Below are positions 27,909 to 40,970 of a stretch of DNA of 64,000 nt, piece by piece. Both the position numbers and the translations under genes were made by a program. Under the pieces are notes generated by a model. That model made no database searches, had not been told where the DNA came from, and saw only the letters and a program-made list of their open reading frames with translations. Each line of letters opens with the position of its first letter. Position 1 is the first letter of the stretch. Source of the DNA: Neodothiora populina (Eukaryota); NCBI RefSeq assembly GCF_041146345.1, contig NW_027191417.1:1364001-1428000 (forward strand). Reading direction: 5' to 3'.

Positions 27909-27917
27909 TTATCTGAT
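27909..27917 (-). promoter_or_regulatory. SreA/SRE-type GATA iron-repressor site ATCAGATAA
   Basis: Plus-strand TTATCTGAT reads ATCAGATAA on the gene strand, matching the ATCWGATAA consensus about 860 bp upstream of the siderophore transporter ATG. Further GATA cores at ~27165-27175 and 27564-27570. Confidence 0.65.
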
Positions 27918-28571
27918 GATCCGATTGCAAATGGTCGCATGTTTAGGCCCACGGAGGATCGTGCTAGTCCATGCAGCCGCGTTTGCAGTTGGACTAGATA
28001 CTTGGCACGTGCTTGGCTCCACGAATTTACGTGGGTACCTAGGTAGGGAGAATGCTCCGGACGTGACTCTGCAAACGTTAGCTGGGACCAAGATCCCGAC
28101 AGACAGTAACTCATCACCACTGTAGGATGTATCTGTATGCCTGTATCACTGACTCGGAGTACCGAAGATTGTTTTTATCACGGGTTCAGCAGAATGGCAG
28201 AAGTAGTTGAGCAGTTTCCCAACGATGTTTGTTTGTTCTTCTCAGGTGTACCCGAGACCTGATGGTAGGAAAGCACGCGGGCACTCGGCAGGATACCGTA
28301 GTTTTCATTCGGATGAGGTACACATAATGAGGTAACAACTCACTTTTCGTCATAGAATTTCTGGATTCCCTCTTGCAGCCATAAACTGAATCGTGATATG
28401 AGGTGTGCATGACTAGGGGATGTGGCTAAACTTCTTGGAGATGTACTTGGGTCACCTGTAATCAAATGTTTTTCTCTTTCACGCCCGTGACTTTTACACA
28501 GACCCTATCTTTGGGAGGAATAGTGGCAATATAGCAAGCCACATGGCGGTGTTAGACTTCAGCCGCTGCGA

Positions 28572-29830
28572 TTAAAATTTCGGGAAGAACATAGGTGTAT
28601 CCTTCTTCCACTGCTGGTAGTCCTTTCGATCGCCGTAGCGTTTGTCGTACTTTTCCTCGCTAAGGGGAATGCCCGAGACCTGCGGAGCATAGGGTCAGCA
28701 AAGGAAAAGGCCAGTCAGGCCAGTCGAAGGAATCGTTTTCTTCCCAGCTCGCATACTCTTTATTCCGCCCCATTTAAACCTTGACTGGCATCGATGGGAA
28801 AAAGTAGTCCGACTTTCAACCGAGGAGTACAGTGTTATAACATACCTTGAAAAGTAGGAATGTGACGAAAGCAGGGCTCACAGCCGCCATAGCGATCGCA
28901 CCCATTCTACCAACTACACCACCAGAGAAGCCCATACCCATCTGGCCGACATGGCTGGCAAGAACACCAGCGGCAACGGTCGCAATGCCTGTCCACAGCG
29001 TTGACTCGCCGAAGTAGTTGGGATGGCGACTTTTGCTCCATAAGCCTCGAGTCAGAAAGTCTTCGCTGTGCTTCTTTTCCTTCTTCTCACGCATCCATTC
29101 GCTCTTCTGTCTGTCTGCTGTGGCCTCGAACGTGATGCCACCTATGAAAAGCGAGAAGCCCAATAGGTCGGTCAAAGTGATGAAAGGAAGAGCAGCCAGA
29201 GTAGTGGCGGGCACAGCATTGACCGCCAACACAGGAAGCAGGCACAGAGATACCCATGTTGCCTGAGCAAAGAATGCACCAAGGAATTTGGGTGGTGAAT
29301 TACGAATGTTCTCGAAGCGCGAGTCTTGTCCATCTTCGGCCGTGATGCGCTTGAAGAGGAAGGTGCCGAGACGAGTGGCCCATATGGTCACCGCGGTACT
29401 GAGAAGTACCTGACGCCAATTCCAGACGGAAACACCGCCTTTGCTGGTAAGACTAGCAAGGAGACTAGGCCAAGGTGGCAGAGGACCTCCGGCGCTGTAT
29501 GCTGCAGCTCTGGCGCGGAGAGTGGGTAGTGCTAGACTCAAGGCAGTGCACGAGATCTTTCGAAAATGCCAAATTAGTGGATGGTCACTCTCGCACCCCG
29601 GAGACAATGAGGACGGGCTCTAACATGGGCACCATTCATAAGGATCAAGGATTAAAGCTCACATAAGTCAATGATCCCGACAGATCATAAAACCTCTCGG
29701 TCTGTGCAAGAATACTGGGGATGGCGACGCCTGCCTGGATGGCATACGCTGTCCCAATACAAGGTATCAAAGTCCTCAGGAATGGGTTCTTGAAGTTACT
29801 CAATTGAAGCATGGCATTGAGGACAGTCAT
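28572..29830 (-). CDS. DUF1295 membrane protein (steroid 5-alpha-reductase-like); 3 exons
   Basis: QTERFYDLSGSLTY, WATRLGTFLFKRI, DSRF, ADRQK, GLWSKSRHPNYFGE; last exon VSGIPLSEEKYDKRYG...PMFFPKF*. Confidence 0.88.
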
Positions 29831-30442
29831 GTTGAGTAGTAGACAGTGATAACCTTCCCAGTTTCTGACCGAGACAGAAAACTGCAGGCGGACCAAAGAT
29901 GTGCAGTGCAGTTGTAGGTCAAAGTGTTGAAAATGTCGTGTGTGCTGAGCGCATTGCTCTTCTTAGGGCGGATATATATGCCATTCTCAACTCCTAACAT
30001 CAACGGTTCCCGATAAAGAACTCGATTGCTCGATTGCCAGGAAGAGTGGTGAACTCTAGTTCAGAGTCAAGCTCATGCACCTCACAACAAATGGCCCCGG
30101 TGACGACATTGCGGGGGAAAACTAATCCGACTCCGACCACAACCGTAGAGGAGGTCCTCTGGCGGCCCCCCAGAAATGCGAAGCAGTAGCACAAAAGCTA
30201 GGGGTCTGAACCTGACAGAAGGAGGGTTATTTGTCCGGCGGAGGATGAAACTCCGTATCAAAGGCCGACGCAGAGGAAGTAAGGTGAACAATGAAGGTGA
30301 ATTGGAATTTTCGAGTTATGTAAACCGTGCCGGGGCTCCCAGCTCGATGCATTCGCTGTTTCATACATCGTGATCGCGTTGCTAATAATCGTCGACACTT
30401 CTCATGCTGGCAAAGAAATGCCAGATCTATCATGTAAATGTC

Positions 30443-32292
30443 CTAATCGACCTTGGCCCCTATGAGTCTGTTGCCTCGTTTGCCGGGGCCACCTGGCGCT
30501 TCCAAAACATTACTCATGCGACCGTAGCGCATGCGTCCGTCTCCTGTTCCAGCGATGGGAAGACCATCTTTGTGTAGACGTTGCTTTGAATGCTTCCGCA
30601 AACGTTTACGAGCGACCATGACAGGTACGCTAGATTTTGTGACAAGGTAATTACTAAATGAACCGAGTAACACGCCCTTGAGGGCAGAACGTCCTCGCGA
30701 ACCGAGGATCGTCAGAGTGGGTGACAGGAAGTCGATCTGGTGATGAGAAACTTTAGTATGCTTCCATTGGCAAATTGGTGATCAGTGACATAAGAACTTA
30801 CCACTTCGGTGATCATGTGCCTTGGACTCTTGCAGTGAAACACCTCCACAACCACACGGACCTGAAGACGGGTCTTCCTGAGTAGCCTCACGCAGCGTTG
30901 GCTGATATCCTCAGCAGCGCGGAACCGCTCTCGTTCAGCCTTGCTCATGCCCTCCCGTTCACCGTAGGCCACACGCGCCGTGCTTCCATCTTGTGACACA
31001 GCGCCCTGAGTGACATTCTCAGCTGTCAGGGAGCGAACAATGCTAGCCGTCTCAGCGACGACATCGGCACCGTGGCCAATCTCCACACCTTCTGATCCTC
31101 CGACATTACCGCCCTCTTCGTCTACAGCATAGACTGCGAGCAGAGTGTCTCCATCTCTCAGCACCGTGCCAATGGTCCACTCGAGCGCGTACTCGGCCTC
31201 GGAGGAAAGATCTGTGGCTACGAGGTAGACGCGCTGTCGTCGGCGACCTTCTTCCGCCTCGCGCTGGAAATGGGTGTAATCACCGCGAATGACCTGGCGG
31301 ATGACGCGATGGGCAGAAGGCGTGCTGTGTATAGGTGAAATGGTCAAGGATAGGCGCTGGGCACGTCGTAGATCAGAAAGGTGCTCCTCATCGTCGGAAT
31401 GCACGGGAGTGGAAGTGCCAGAAGGAACGGCATCGAAGGCGGTACTGGGATGAACATCGTCGCGCTCGCTCTTGTGAGTGCTATGGGCAGTGGCAGCGAG
31501 AGGTGGGGTGACGGTTATCTTGGGATCGGCTGCGGCCGAGTTGTCTGTACTGGTCGAGCCCTGGCGACCTCTGACAGGTAAGTCTTCCTCACTCTCGTCT
31601 GCCAGACCGACGGATTTGCCAACTCTTGCGCGACCCCTACCTCTGTCGTTACTTCTGTCGGTGTCTGCGCCAGAGTCGTTGTCATCGTCCTCGTCGTCGT
31701 CCTCGTCGCTGCTACCGGACTCGGCATCATAATCCTTCCTTAGTCTCACACCACCATCTGGAGCTTCGGAGGTGCTTTGAGCGAGCTGTCCGACCTTGCC
31801 CTCGGCATTAGACATGCGACGACGCTCGGTGACGGACTTGCGCTGAGCTGCGCCTCGAGGACTCAAGCTGCGAGCAGAATTGCGGGACTTGACACTCGCA
31901 TTGTCTTTCTCCAAAGCAGCTCGTCTCGGATCGGATGGACCGAGATCTCCAGGCAATGCGATTTTCGCTTTCCCAAAGACGCTAGCCATGGCGTTTGGCT
32001 TGCGGGTTGTGGTGGGAGAAGCAGAAGCGGAAGGATGGGACAGAGAAATAGAACTCCTTCTAGGGGTGGAAGCTGCCTCGGCGCGCAATTCTCTGGCGTC
32101 GTCTTCGAGAGCGTCGAATAGAGAAGTCGGGGGGCCTTTGTGGACAGTGGGGGCCGGAGGTGGAGCAATGGTGGAGGTGGAGAGACGTCTGCCAGAGAAA
32201 GACTCCCGGTGTTCGCGGGCATCGGCTTCGAGGGCGGAGAGCAAGGAATCGCCGTGCGCTGCCGTACCGAGTCGTGGGTTGGGAGTTGCCAT
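30443..32292 (-). CDS. Universal stress protein (USP) domain protein with a long disordered N-terminus; 1 intron (~30738-30801)
   Basis: YLVATDLSSEAEYALEWTIGTVLRDGDTL, HCKSPRHMITEV|IDFLSP, ILGSRGRSALKGVLLGSFSNYLVTKSSVPVMVARK. Confidence 0.9.
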
Positions 32293-33512
32293 TATGCTTT
32301 GATCGGTGATTTGTGTGCGGGTGGCGTAGTGCTGCTCTGTACCAGACTATGCGACAGAATATGCGACACCTGTTGCAGAGGTCCAGCCAGTCACGAGTCA
32401 ACAGGGAATCGCAATGTTGTCGTGCCTATCTCCGTTTCCGACACGCTACGTCAAAAAGAGCCGGCGACGTCGACGTTGGACCCACTCTTATGTCTGCCGA
32501 CTGCCGCTTAAGGGTTGTGTGATGCTGGTCTGACTGTGAGGGGTTGAGGTGCAGCTGTCACCCTGATGCGGTGAGAGGGGGACTGAGAATATTGAGATAT
32601 ATGAAATGAGAAGAAGAGAGATGAAAGTCAAGGTAAGAAGACGAGAGACGAAAGGAAGACTTGACAAGGCTATCACGCGAGTGCATCAACGCTTAGCATC
32701 AACGAGCTCTCGGCGCGGGGCACCATGGCAGAAGAGTGAAGAAATGCCCAGCATCGTCGTGGTGGAGAAAGCGCACTAGGAGGTGATGGATGGGATCACC
32801 TAGTGTGGACAAGGCGAGTACAAGTGCAGTGCAGCATAAAGCCCAGACACACGCTTTGTACAGTACCTTACCTTAGCATTGACACAGCAGAAGCCATACA
32901 GATATTTGAGGAAAGTCGTCTTGTCGGAGCTTTTACGATTCAGTGCGCCCTCTTTTACCATTAACTTACACAGACTTCCCTCGCGCGGCTTGCTTTTATG
33001 CAGGCGTCATGAAGGTTGCACCACCCGCTCCTGCCTATTACTACCCCACACACCCTCGTGGCAATTCTCCGCAATCTTCATACCTCGCACAGTAGCCATC
33101 AAGGAGGAGCTGCCACAGTGCCTCTCCATGCCCCTACTCCTACCAACACGATCATATACTGCTGGCTTAACAATATGAACCTTCATACAATATCTGTTCT
33201 CCTTCGGGTCTTCGAAATCATGGAGATACCAGTGTACCAAACAAAAGTTCCGATGCGGTCATCTAGCTTTCACATAGGTCTTGTCAACGCGCCTTTTCGG
33301 CACTCTCCTCACTTCCGATCCCAAAATATGACCACGCAATTAGGGCAGCGAACTTCTCTCTGCTACAGAAGTGTAGTCCAAGCAGTGCAACCCGAGATGC
33401 ATAGAGTAAGCAAGCAGTAAGTCACATATAACACCGGTTCTCTGCCACCTAGAATATGTAAGATCTCTTTACCCGCATTTCTCAAGTTTACCACATCATC
33501 CATCACCCCGTC

Positions 33513-35275
33513 ATGTCTGCACCAACGGCGCACAAATGGAACCTCGGAGACCAGTTCGAGTCTGTCCATCCACACTTAGACTCGATCGAAGCTTTGTGGA
33601 ACAAGAAGTGGAAGTGAGTGCCTATATCGACTGTTCGTGCCTGCCACTACATTTGTCCTTACGCTCTAAATTCTAGATTTCCCTGTACCAAGTCCTTGTA
33701 TCCTTTCCACGACGGCAAGTTTGAGGATTTTGAACCAGTATTCGAGGAGCTCATCTCCAAGAAAATCGATTCTGGATATACTGACGAGTATACCCGGGTC
33801 TTTATCCCGACTGCTGAGCGCCTTGTCGCTGAGGCGGATAAGCTTGCTCAATCTAGCCCAAAACAAGCCTCGGATTTGTATCTCAGAGCGTGCACTGTAT
33901 ACCGTATTGCACGCTTCCCATATATCAATTCACTTTACAAGAAACAGGTGTATGATGCGCAGAAGGAAGCGTACCTCAAAGCTGCAAGGTATATCTCACC
34001 TCCCCGTAGCGACTCGCATCTTGTCTGACGTGATGCACAAATGTGTAGTCTATGGGAATGTCCGATCAAGGACGTAGTCATCCCTCACACCTCCGGGACC
34101 TCCGCCGATGAAGGGGACTCCATTCCGCTCTACGTCCGCTTGCCCAAGGATGCATCCAAGACCAAACCTTGCGGCGTCGTACTTCTCATCACCGGCTTGG
34201 ACGGTCACAGACCCGACAACACAACCAGAAGTGATGAGTTTCTTGCGTAAGCATCCCTTGTGAGACCCGAAGGTGCAAGAACAGGCGTCCTTCCTCTTGT
34301 CATGCTGACCACATCGTTCTCAAGCCGCGGATGGGCCTCTGTAATCACAGATATCCCAGGAACTGCCGATTGTCCCGCCGACCGCAAAGATCCCGAGGGC
34401 GCTGATCGTCTCTGGACCAGTATTCTAGACTGGATGGCCAAAGAAGGCGTCTTTGACATGAAACGTGTCCTCGCATGGGGTCTCAGTGCCGGTGGTCACA
34501 ACGCAGTGAGTACATCTTGACACATCACACTAAGATATTTCCCGTTGATGACTATTGTTAACAATTCCGGCACATAGGTCAGAATAGCCCACACGCACCA
34601 CACACGTCTCGCAGGCAGCATAGCGCAGGGCGCAGGAACCCACCACTTCTTCTCCCGCGAGTGGCTAGAAAAGGCCCAGAACCACGAGTACCCCTGGAAC
34701 GCCCTGCCAGCGCTGACCGCAAAGTACGGCTACTCCTCTCCCGACGAGTTCATGGATAAGGCACAGGCTACGTGGTCGCTCGTCGAGACTGGTGTTGTGG
34801 AGATGAAGAGTTGTAGGCTGTTGCTTATTAATGGCACTCATGACGGGTTGATGTGAGTTTTTCCTTTCGCATTTGCTTTGACAGGTTCCTTTACTGCTTG
34901 GGTATAAAACACAATTACTGATTTGGAGTGTTCCTCAACAGGCCCATCGAAGACAGCATGTTGATGAGCGAATACGGCTCGCCCAAGGAATCAAGGTATA
35001 CACACTCCTCGCACTTCAGACCTGCTGGACGGACAAGACTGCATACTCCCACCTCTCTTGTTACATTGTAAGACTGACGCACAACAGATACATTACGGGG
35101 AGATTACACATGGGATACCCCGAAGCAAACGCATATGTACGTCAACATCCCCCCATGGTCTTGTCGTTGAAGATACTATGAGAGACTCGAATGACAAGGG
35201 AGAAGTGCACTTACTGACATATTCTCGATATAGGTCTACCCCTGGATGGAGCAGGTCATGGCGTCGGTTCACTGA
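33513..35275 (+). CDS. ayg1: Ayg1/Yg1 alpha/beta-hydrolase (polyketide shortening in DHN-melanin synthesis); 8 exons
   Basis: SIEALWNKKWKFPC..YPFHDG, YRIARFPY, ITGLDGHRPDNT, PGTADCPAD, nucleophile WGLSAGG, HEYPW, LLINGTHDGLMPIEDS and HMGYP. Seven GT-AG introns reconstructable. Confidence 0.88.
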
Positions 35276-35794
35276 CGGCATTATGACGATGCAAGAACGA
35301 AATGAGACGACAATTGGGTGCGAGACAGGATGGTATGAAATTCGCGAATAACATATTTTACGCGAGCCTCGACATTCTTTTCTCAGTTCGACAAACCCTG
35401 TTCTTCCCACAAATGAGCACAGGTGAAAGTGACAAAGAAATCGTTTAATTTATGTTACTACTATTTTGAAAGTGCAGCTACTCAGCAACATTCTTTGTGA
35501 AGGAAAGACCTGTTAGTGATTCTCTTTCCTTTCTCAGCCGAAAAAGATAATTGGCATATAGCGATTGTTCTGTTCCAACCAAAAGAAAAGCCCCCCAAAA
35601 ACGCCAATGTCGTAAAGTCATAACCATATCAATTTGGAGTCCTGCATCTCATTTCTTCATCGTCATCTGTGTTCAATTTGTGTTCCATCTCCAATCTGGA
35701 TTTTGATCACTCATCAGTCCGTTTCATCCTTTAACAGAGATGGGCCTGGACTTTTTACCAGTAAAGTATGGCTTTCCATCGATAGTCAGACTTG

Positions 35795-38700
35795 CTAGAT
35801 GTAGAAAGTCTTGTCTCTTACCCTCTCGTGGATGACGTCCCTCCACTCGGCAGTGTTCGCGTTGTAAGCGTTACCGCCAGAGCTGTTCTCGTTGAGCGTA
35901 CTGTACAAGTACGCCCTGCCACGCTCGCAGAGGAGGTCGGCGTAATATGCAGGCGGGCAGATTGAGACCGCTTTGGTAGCTCTGTTGAACAGGTAGCACA
36001 TGCTGTGTGTGAAGGCCTCTAGGCGGTCCTGATTAAATTGGTTCTGGTCCATAATGACAACGTAATGGGCTGGACGGGCGGTGCCTTGAAGTCCTTGGTG
36101 TGCTTGCAGGAAAAAGTCCCAGAGGTAATGGTCTGTCACGCCTCGATCGACCACGGTCCCTGGCATCGGATTTCCACTTTTTCCATCAGTATCCTCCTGC
36201 TTGGTAGGATAGAATCGGGTGTGATGGCGTTTGCCGACAACTACAATCGTGACCTTTGGCCATTTATTCTCTTGCCCGTAGAGACGCTTGAAGGCTTCTT
36301 GGATGGCAGGCAATTCTGTTTCAAGTACAAGCCGATACTGGCCTTCAGACACGCCGTCACGGTAAATGATCATCTTGTTAGGCAAAGCTCGGTGTTTCTT
36401 ACGCCACAAAGTGAGGCGCTCAATCATCATTTCGGTCAGAGTTTCCACCATCTCTGCGCGCCCAGTCTGTCTTCTTATGGAGCCGGGCCATTGATGCAGC
36501 ATCATGTCAATGTTGGAAACCACAGCAGCGATAGATGGCGAACCATCCGCGCTTCCAGGAGATGGGTGAGTGACATCGATGCCGACTAGCATCAATTTCT
36601 CGTCCAATGGAGGCATCGTCTTGGAATCAATTATGTGGGAAACACCCCCTCCCTTGATATTGAATTTGAGCGCGAGGTTGCCAAGGTACATAGGCTGACC
36701 TGCTTCCTTCTGGATCTTGTTGCCGACTGCACATACAGTTTGAACGCCGTAATTGACATCTCCATGTAGTTTGATGCGAGCGTAAAGCCATTTATCAGCT
36801 TCCTGAAGTATGACAAGTAAAATCTCTATGTTGCGCTGCGCTGCTCTTGAGAACAACTCTTTGAGTTCAGTGTCGATGGTATCTCGGATCTCGGGACGTG
36901 GGCGATCTATGGTGGTTTCCTGGGTCGGTAGCCGTTGACCCATGACTAGACCGTAGCCCTGCAACTGTCCGGCAAAGTTTTGCAACAACTGCTCTCTGAC
37001 ATTGGCAGACGGGAAGACGTTTCCTTGATTACCGTGATAGTTGATGACCAAGCAGCTCCAATTAGTGAATCCCCCAGGCCGTATGAAGCGAGCGTTTGCC
37101 AAATTCCATGATCCTATTCTTGGACGCTGCTTGGCCTGATCCAGATATTTCAATTCTGGCCACGGCAAGATTCTGCCCGGAACGGTTATCATTGTTGTTC
37201 CGACGCGAAGACCAAAGGGGTGTAAGATGGACTCTTGAGCAGGAAGTGTAAGTCCCATCACTGCCAATCCATCACCTGGTTGATTATCTGTACCAGCGAT
37301 AGATAACGCGTTATCGCTAGGAGAACGGGATGCGAATCTGATCATTGAAGCTGTCTGTGGGCCGGTGAGGAATTTCTTCACAGCTTGTCCTGGCATGACT
37401 GAACACAGCTCAATTGGGAGGTATATTGGATCATTCCGGCTTCCAACATTGACCACAGGGTCGTCTGGATACGTCAAATTCTTATTGTGAGTAGTCCGAA
37501 AGTAATCCAAAACGGAAGTGCGTCTTTGGGGTGCTTCTGGATTCAAGGGGTCGTGGTGAGAGAAGTGAACCTGCCTCGCACTGCCAAAACGTGGGCTATA
37601 ACTGAATCCGAGAATAGTCTTTTTCTGACGTACCCTTACAGGCTTGCCACTTTGATCCCGTATCGTCTTTCCTTGGACGTCGCGGCGTTCCAAGTAGCCA
37701 GTTTCGACACGCAGATGACGCAAGAAAACTTCCAAGTTGGTCAGATCTCTGTCGAACCATCTCCTGCTAGTATTGTCTAAGAACTGAATGATAAGCTCTC
37801 TCAAGGCTACTGGCTTGTAGAATGCTGCACTGGTGACATTGAGATTCAGTAAGATGCGATGCGTCGAAGTCCTTACGCTCGAATAGTAGCCTCTTAAAGC
37901 TCTCAGACCACCTGGCAGGTCCAGATCCCTGGTCAGAATATGCCCGTCAGGATAGAAAACATTTTGACCAGGTCTGTATATGTTCAATGCAGTACTCGGA
38001 CTCTTCGAAATGATAACGTTGAGCAATTGTACAACCTCGGCTTTAGCAATATAGACCGCGCCAGGGGCATTCGAACGAAGAGCAAGTACGAGATCATCGA
38101 CGGAGTAATCGCCCGAAGCTTGGAGTCTGAAACGCTTGGATCGACGTGCTCTGGCCTGCTGGACATGGACCGGATCTGAAGGAAGCGGCTGTGTTGTGGG
38201 CTGATCCGCATCAACTACTTGAATATCTTGCTCAAAAGATCTGGGCCCGAAGCCGAGCTTCTTGGTGGTGACGATTATGTTACGGTAATCAGTTGCCCAT
38301 ACAACGCCATCGAAGAGAGGCAAACGGACAATGGCATTTATCATGACCTTACTCTTGGCCTTGCTTAATTGGGGATCGGTAACCGATACTGTGTAACGAT
38401 ACAGACGAGTACCAAAATTGGTCGCTCCACGGGCAGGCTCTAGTGGGAAGTAGTTGGCTCGCAGAATAATCCGCCTACCCTTGGTCCCATGATCTGGTCT
38501 GCCTGGAAAGCCTTCAATGGTCTGGCTACGCGTTTCTTTCGCGCGGTGGTCTTCAGCAGCGCCCACAGCTGGATCTGGCGGTGGTACGTCGTTGGGTCTG
38601 CACCTGGAATTAGATCAATTAACCAAATAAGAGCTAGGAGTCTGACCGATAGATCTCCGGTGCGGGTCTACCGCCGCGCATTGCCACTGAATGGGAGCCT

Positions 38701-38915
38701 CCACGACCGCGGGCCTGACCACTATTACCTCCTCTGGTGTTGGTCCCACCTCGGCTACTTGATCCGCCTCGGGACTCGTCTGGTCCTCGATGTCCTCCTC
38801 GCTGGGTATTTCCGCCATCATTGCCTCTGATCTGGAAGCCACCTCTCTGGGAGCTACCACGGCCATCACCTCGACCGCCGCGGGACCGTCCACCACCACG
38901 TGCTTCGTTTGACAT
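35795..38915 (-). CDS. Argonaute (QDE-2-like): RGG-rich N-terminus, N/L1, PAZ, MID and PIWI domains; 1 short intron (38646 to ~38598/38604)
   Basis: GTKGRRIILRANYF, LRGYYSSVRTST, PVVNVGS..YLPIELC, GIDVTHPS, IYRDGVSEGQ, VGKRHHTRFYP, GTARPAHY, RATKAVSICPPAYYADLLCER and C-terminal FYI. Confidence 0.96.
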
Positions 38916-40970
38916 ATCTGCAGAGCTAGTGGCAGAAAGGGCAAGATGCGTGGATTAGGACGGAAACGAGATCACCTCAAGGTCGAGTCTGACTAGCCTC
39001 TGGATGTAACGAATAGTGTATGCAGGCTTCGGGTCTGAAGTGAATGTCTGCTACTAAGAATGTGACTCGATCGAGCAGAAGCGAATGCGATATCATGAGA
39101 TATTCTGGCAGTAATGATGATTCAAGTGGATATTTATGTCTGAAGGGTAATTGTTTGATACTTGCAGCAAACGTGATGGAAAAGAGTAGCAAGCTTCGAA
39201 GACAATGGAAAGTACCTACAGTACCTTAGCAAGAGCTCCCCAGTTTGACGTAGCGAGGTACTTGTACGGTCGCACGATACAGAGCGCGTACGTGCATATA
39301 GCGCGTACCGCATAGATGGCTTGTAGCCATATTGCTGGAATCAGGTATACGCATCGAAGCGAGCTACAGTACATACTCTGGATATAGCACATGAACATGG
39401 CCTTCTTTCTGTTTACTCCTGGATGGGAAGTCGGTGTGCAAGCTACTGTGCTACTATACATTCCATTGTGTCAGCAGCACAGCATGATCTACCTTACTTT
39501 AAGGAAGCGAGGTATCCAAAGCAGATCAAAGTACTAGTAGACAGCTTGCGCGTGAAGTCCAGATACCAGGGAGGGGAGACCGCGGGCTGCTTTGTTAACA
39601 AGTACTGTACGGTAAAGGCAAGTCAAAATGCTCTGCTGTAGGTAATATGGACAGCCCAAAGAAATTTGGTCCAAATACCTTGGTCTTACTGGGAGTTACT
39701 GTGCCTTGTCTTTTTGAAGCGATCCAGAAGCATTGTTGTGTCTACCTTGACCTCATGCAGAAGGATACAGTACAACAATAGGCTACGTGCTAGCAGAAGT
39801 CCTCAGCTCCGTAAGTAGGTACCTACTGTATCTCCCACACTGTTTTGAGTACCCCGGATCATCAGTGAAAGGTTCCACCTGAGAGCTCAGCCATAGCCTC
39901 ACATCCTCTACATCATGACTTGACAAATCATATCGGTGGTCAAGTCTTTCTATGTGAGTTATCAATTCCACTTTACAGCAGCTTGAGGTATGGAACCATG
40001 CTTCAATGCCCATATCGGGGCCAATCTATGTCATGAGCACATTGCGGCAAGGTCCGGTGCGCAGCAAACCTCACGCGGTTCTCGATTGACTTGACACACC
40101 TCATACAGTCAAATGACCGGAATATTTGAATGTAACGATAGATCTTTTGGACAATGGCATCGCAGTCAACCACTTATGATTGCAAGAACTCTGGAAGTCA
40201 GGAGACCGACTCGGTCTTCTTCCATTGACGAGCGCTGTCTAGAGGTCGATCTCGCTCATATACGAATAGACTCTTCCAAGTCTTGATCGCATGTTCCTGG
40301 CTAGGAGTTCTCATGTACATTCCTACTGTACGGAAGCCTCTTCAGTACCCAAACGCACGTGGCTGGTGTAACACGAACGCCAAAGGTACACTTAGAATGT
40401 CAGGAGGTCATGCCTCAATATCAAAAGCACAGACCTCCTTCGAGACATTTGACCAGGTGAACTGCCCATCAGCACGAAAGAACGACATTCCTCATGTAGC
40501 TTTGTCTGCACAATCCGATCGTTCGAGCGTAGAAGACCTCTTACCATCACCGAGGTAACCAATCTTTGCAACCTGGACCATACACATGATGTATTGTGTG
40601 GCCCAGTCGCTGGCTTCCCTGTGGGATGTCTTGCACATACTTCGAGGAGGAACATCTATACTTCACTTTTTAGTTGCAGTGAAGTTGATCGTCAGCTCTA
40701 TGTGCAAGTAGCTCCGTTTTACTACCATCTACGCCTGTTATTGTTGTAGTAACGTCTTACCTCGAAACCGATCTTCTCATTACCTAAGAGCAACAGCTAT
40801 TCTATGCCACAAGACCTACGCCATTTCATATAGTGGACGGCCTGAACGACATCGGAGCATACATTGGACGGTCATCAACGACCAAAGAGCCACAATATAC
40901 GCGACAAGACGCAACCGCGGCTGCCCAGTTGCCGCTAATCACTCTTGCTTCTGCACTATATATACACACC

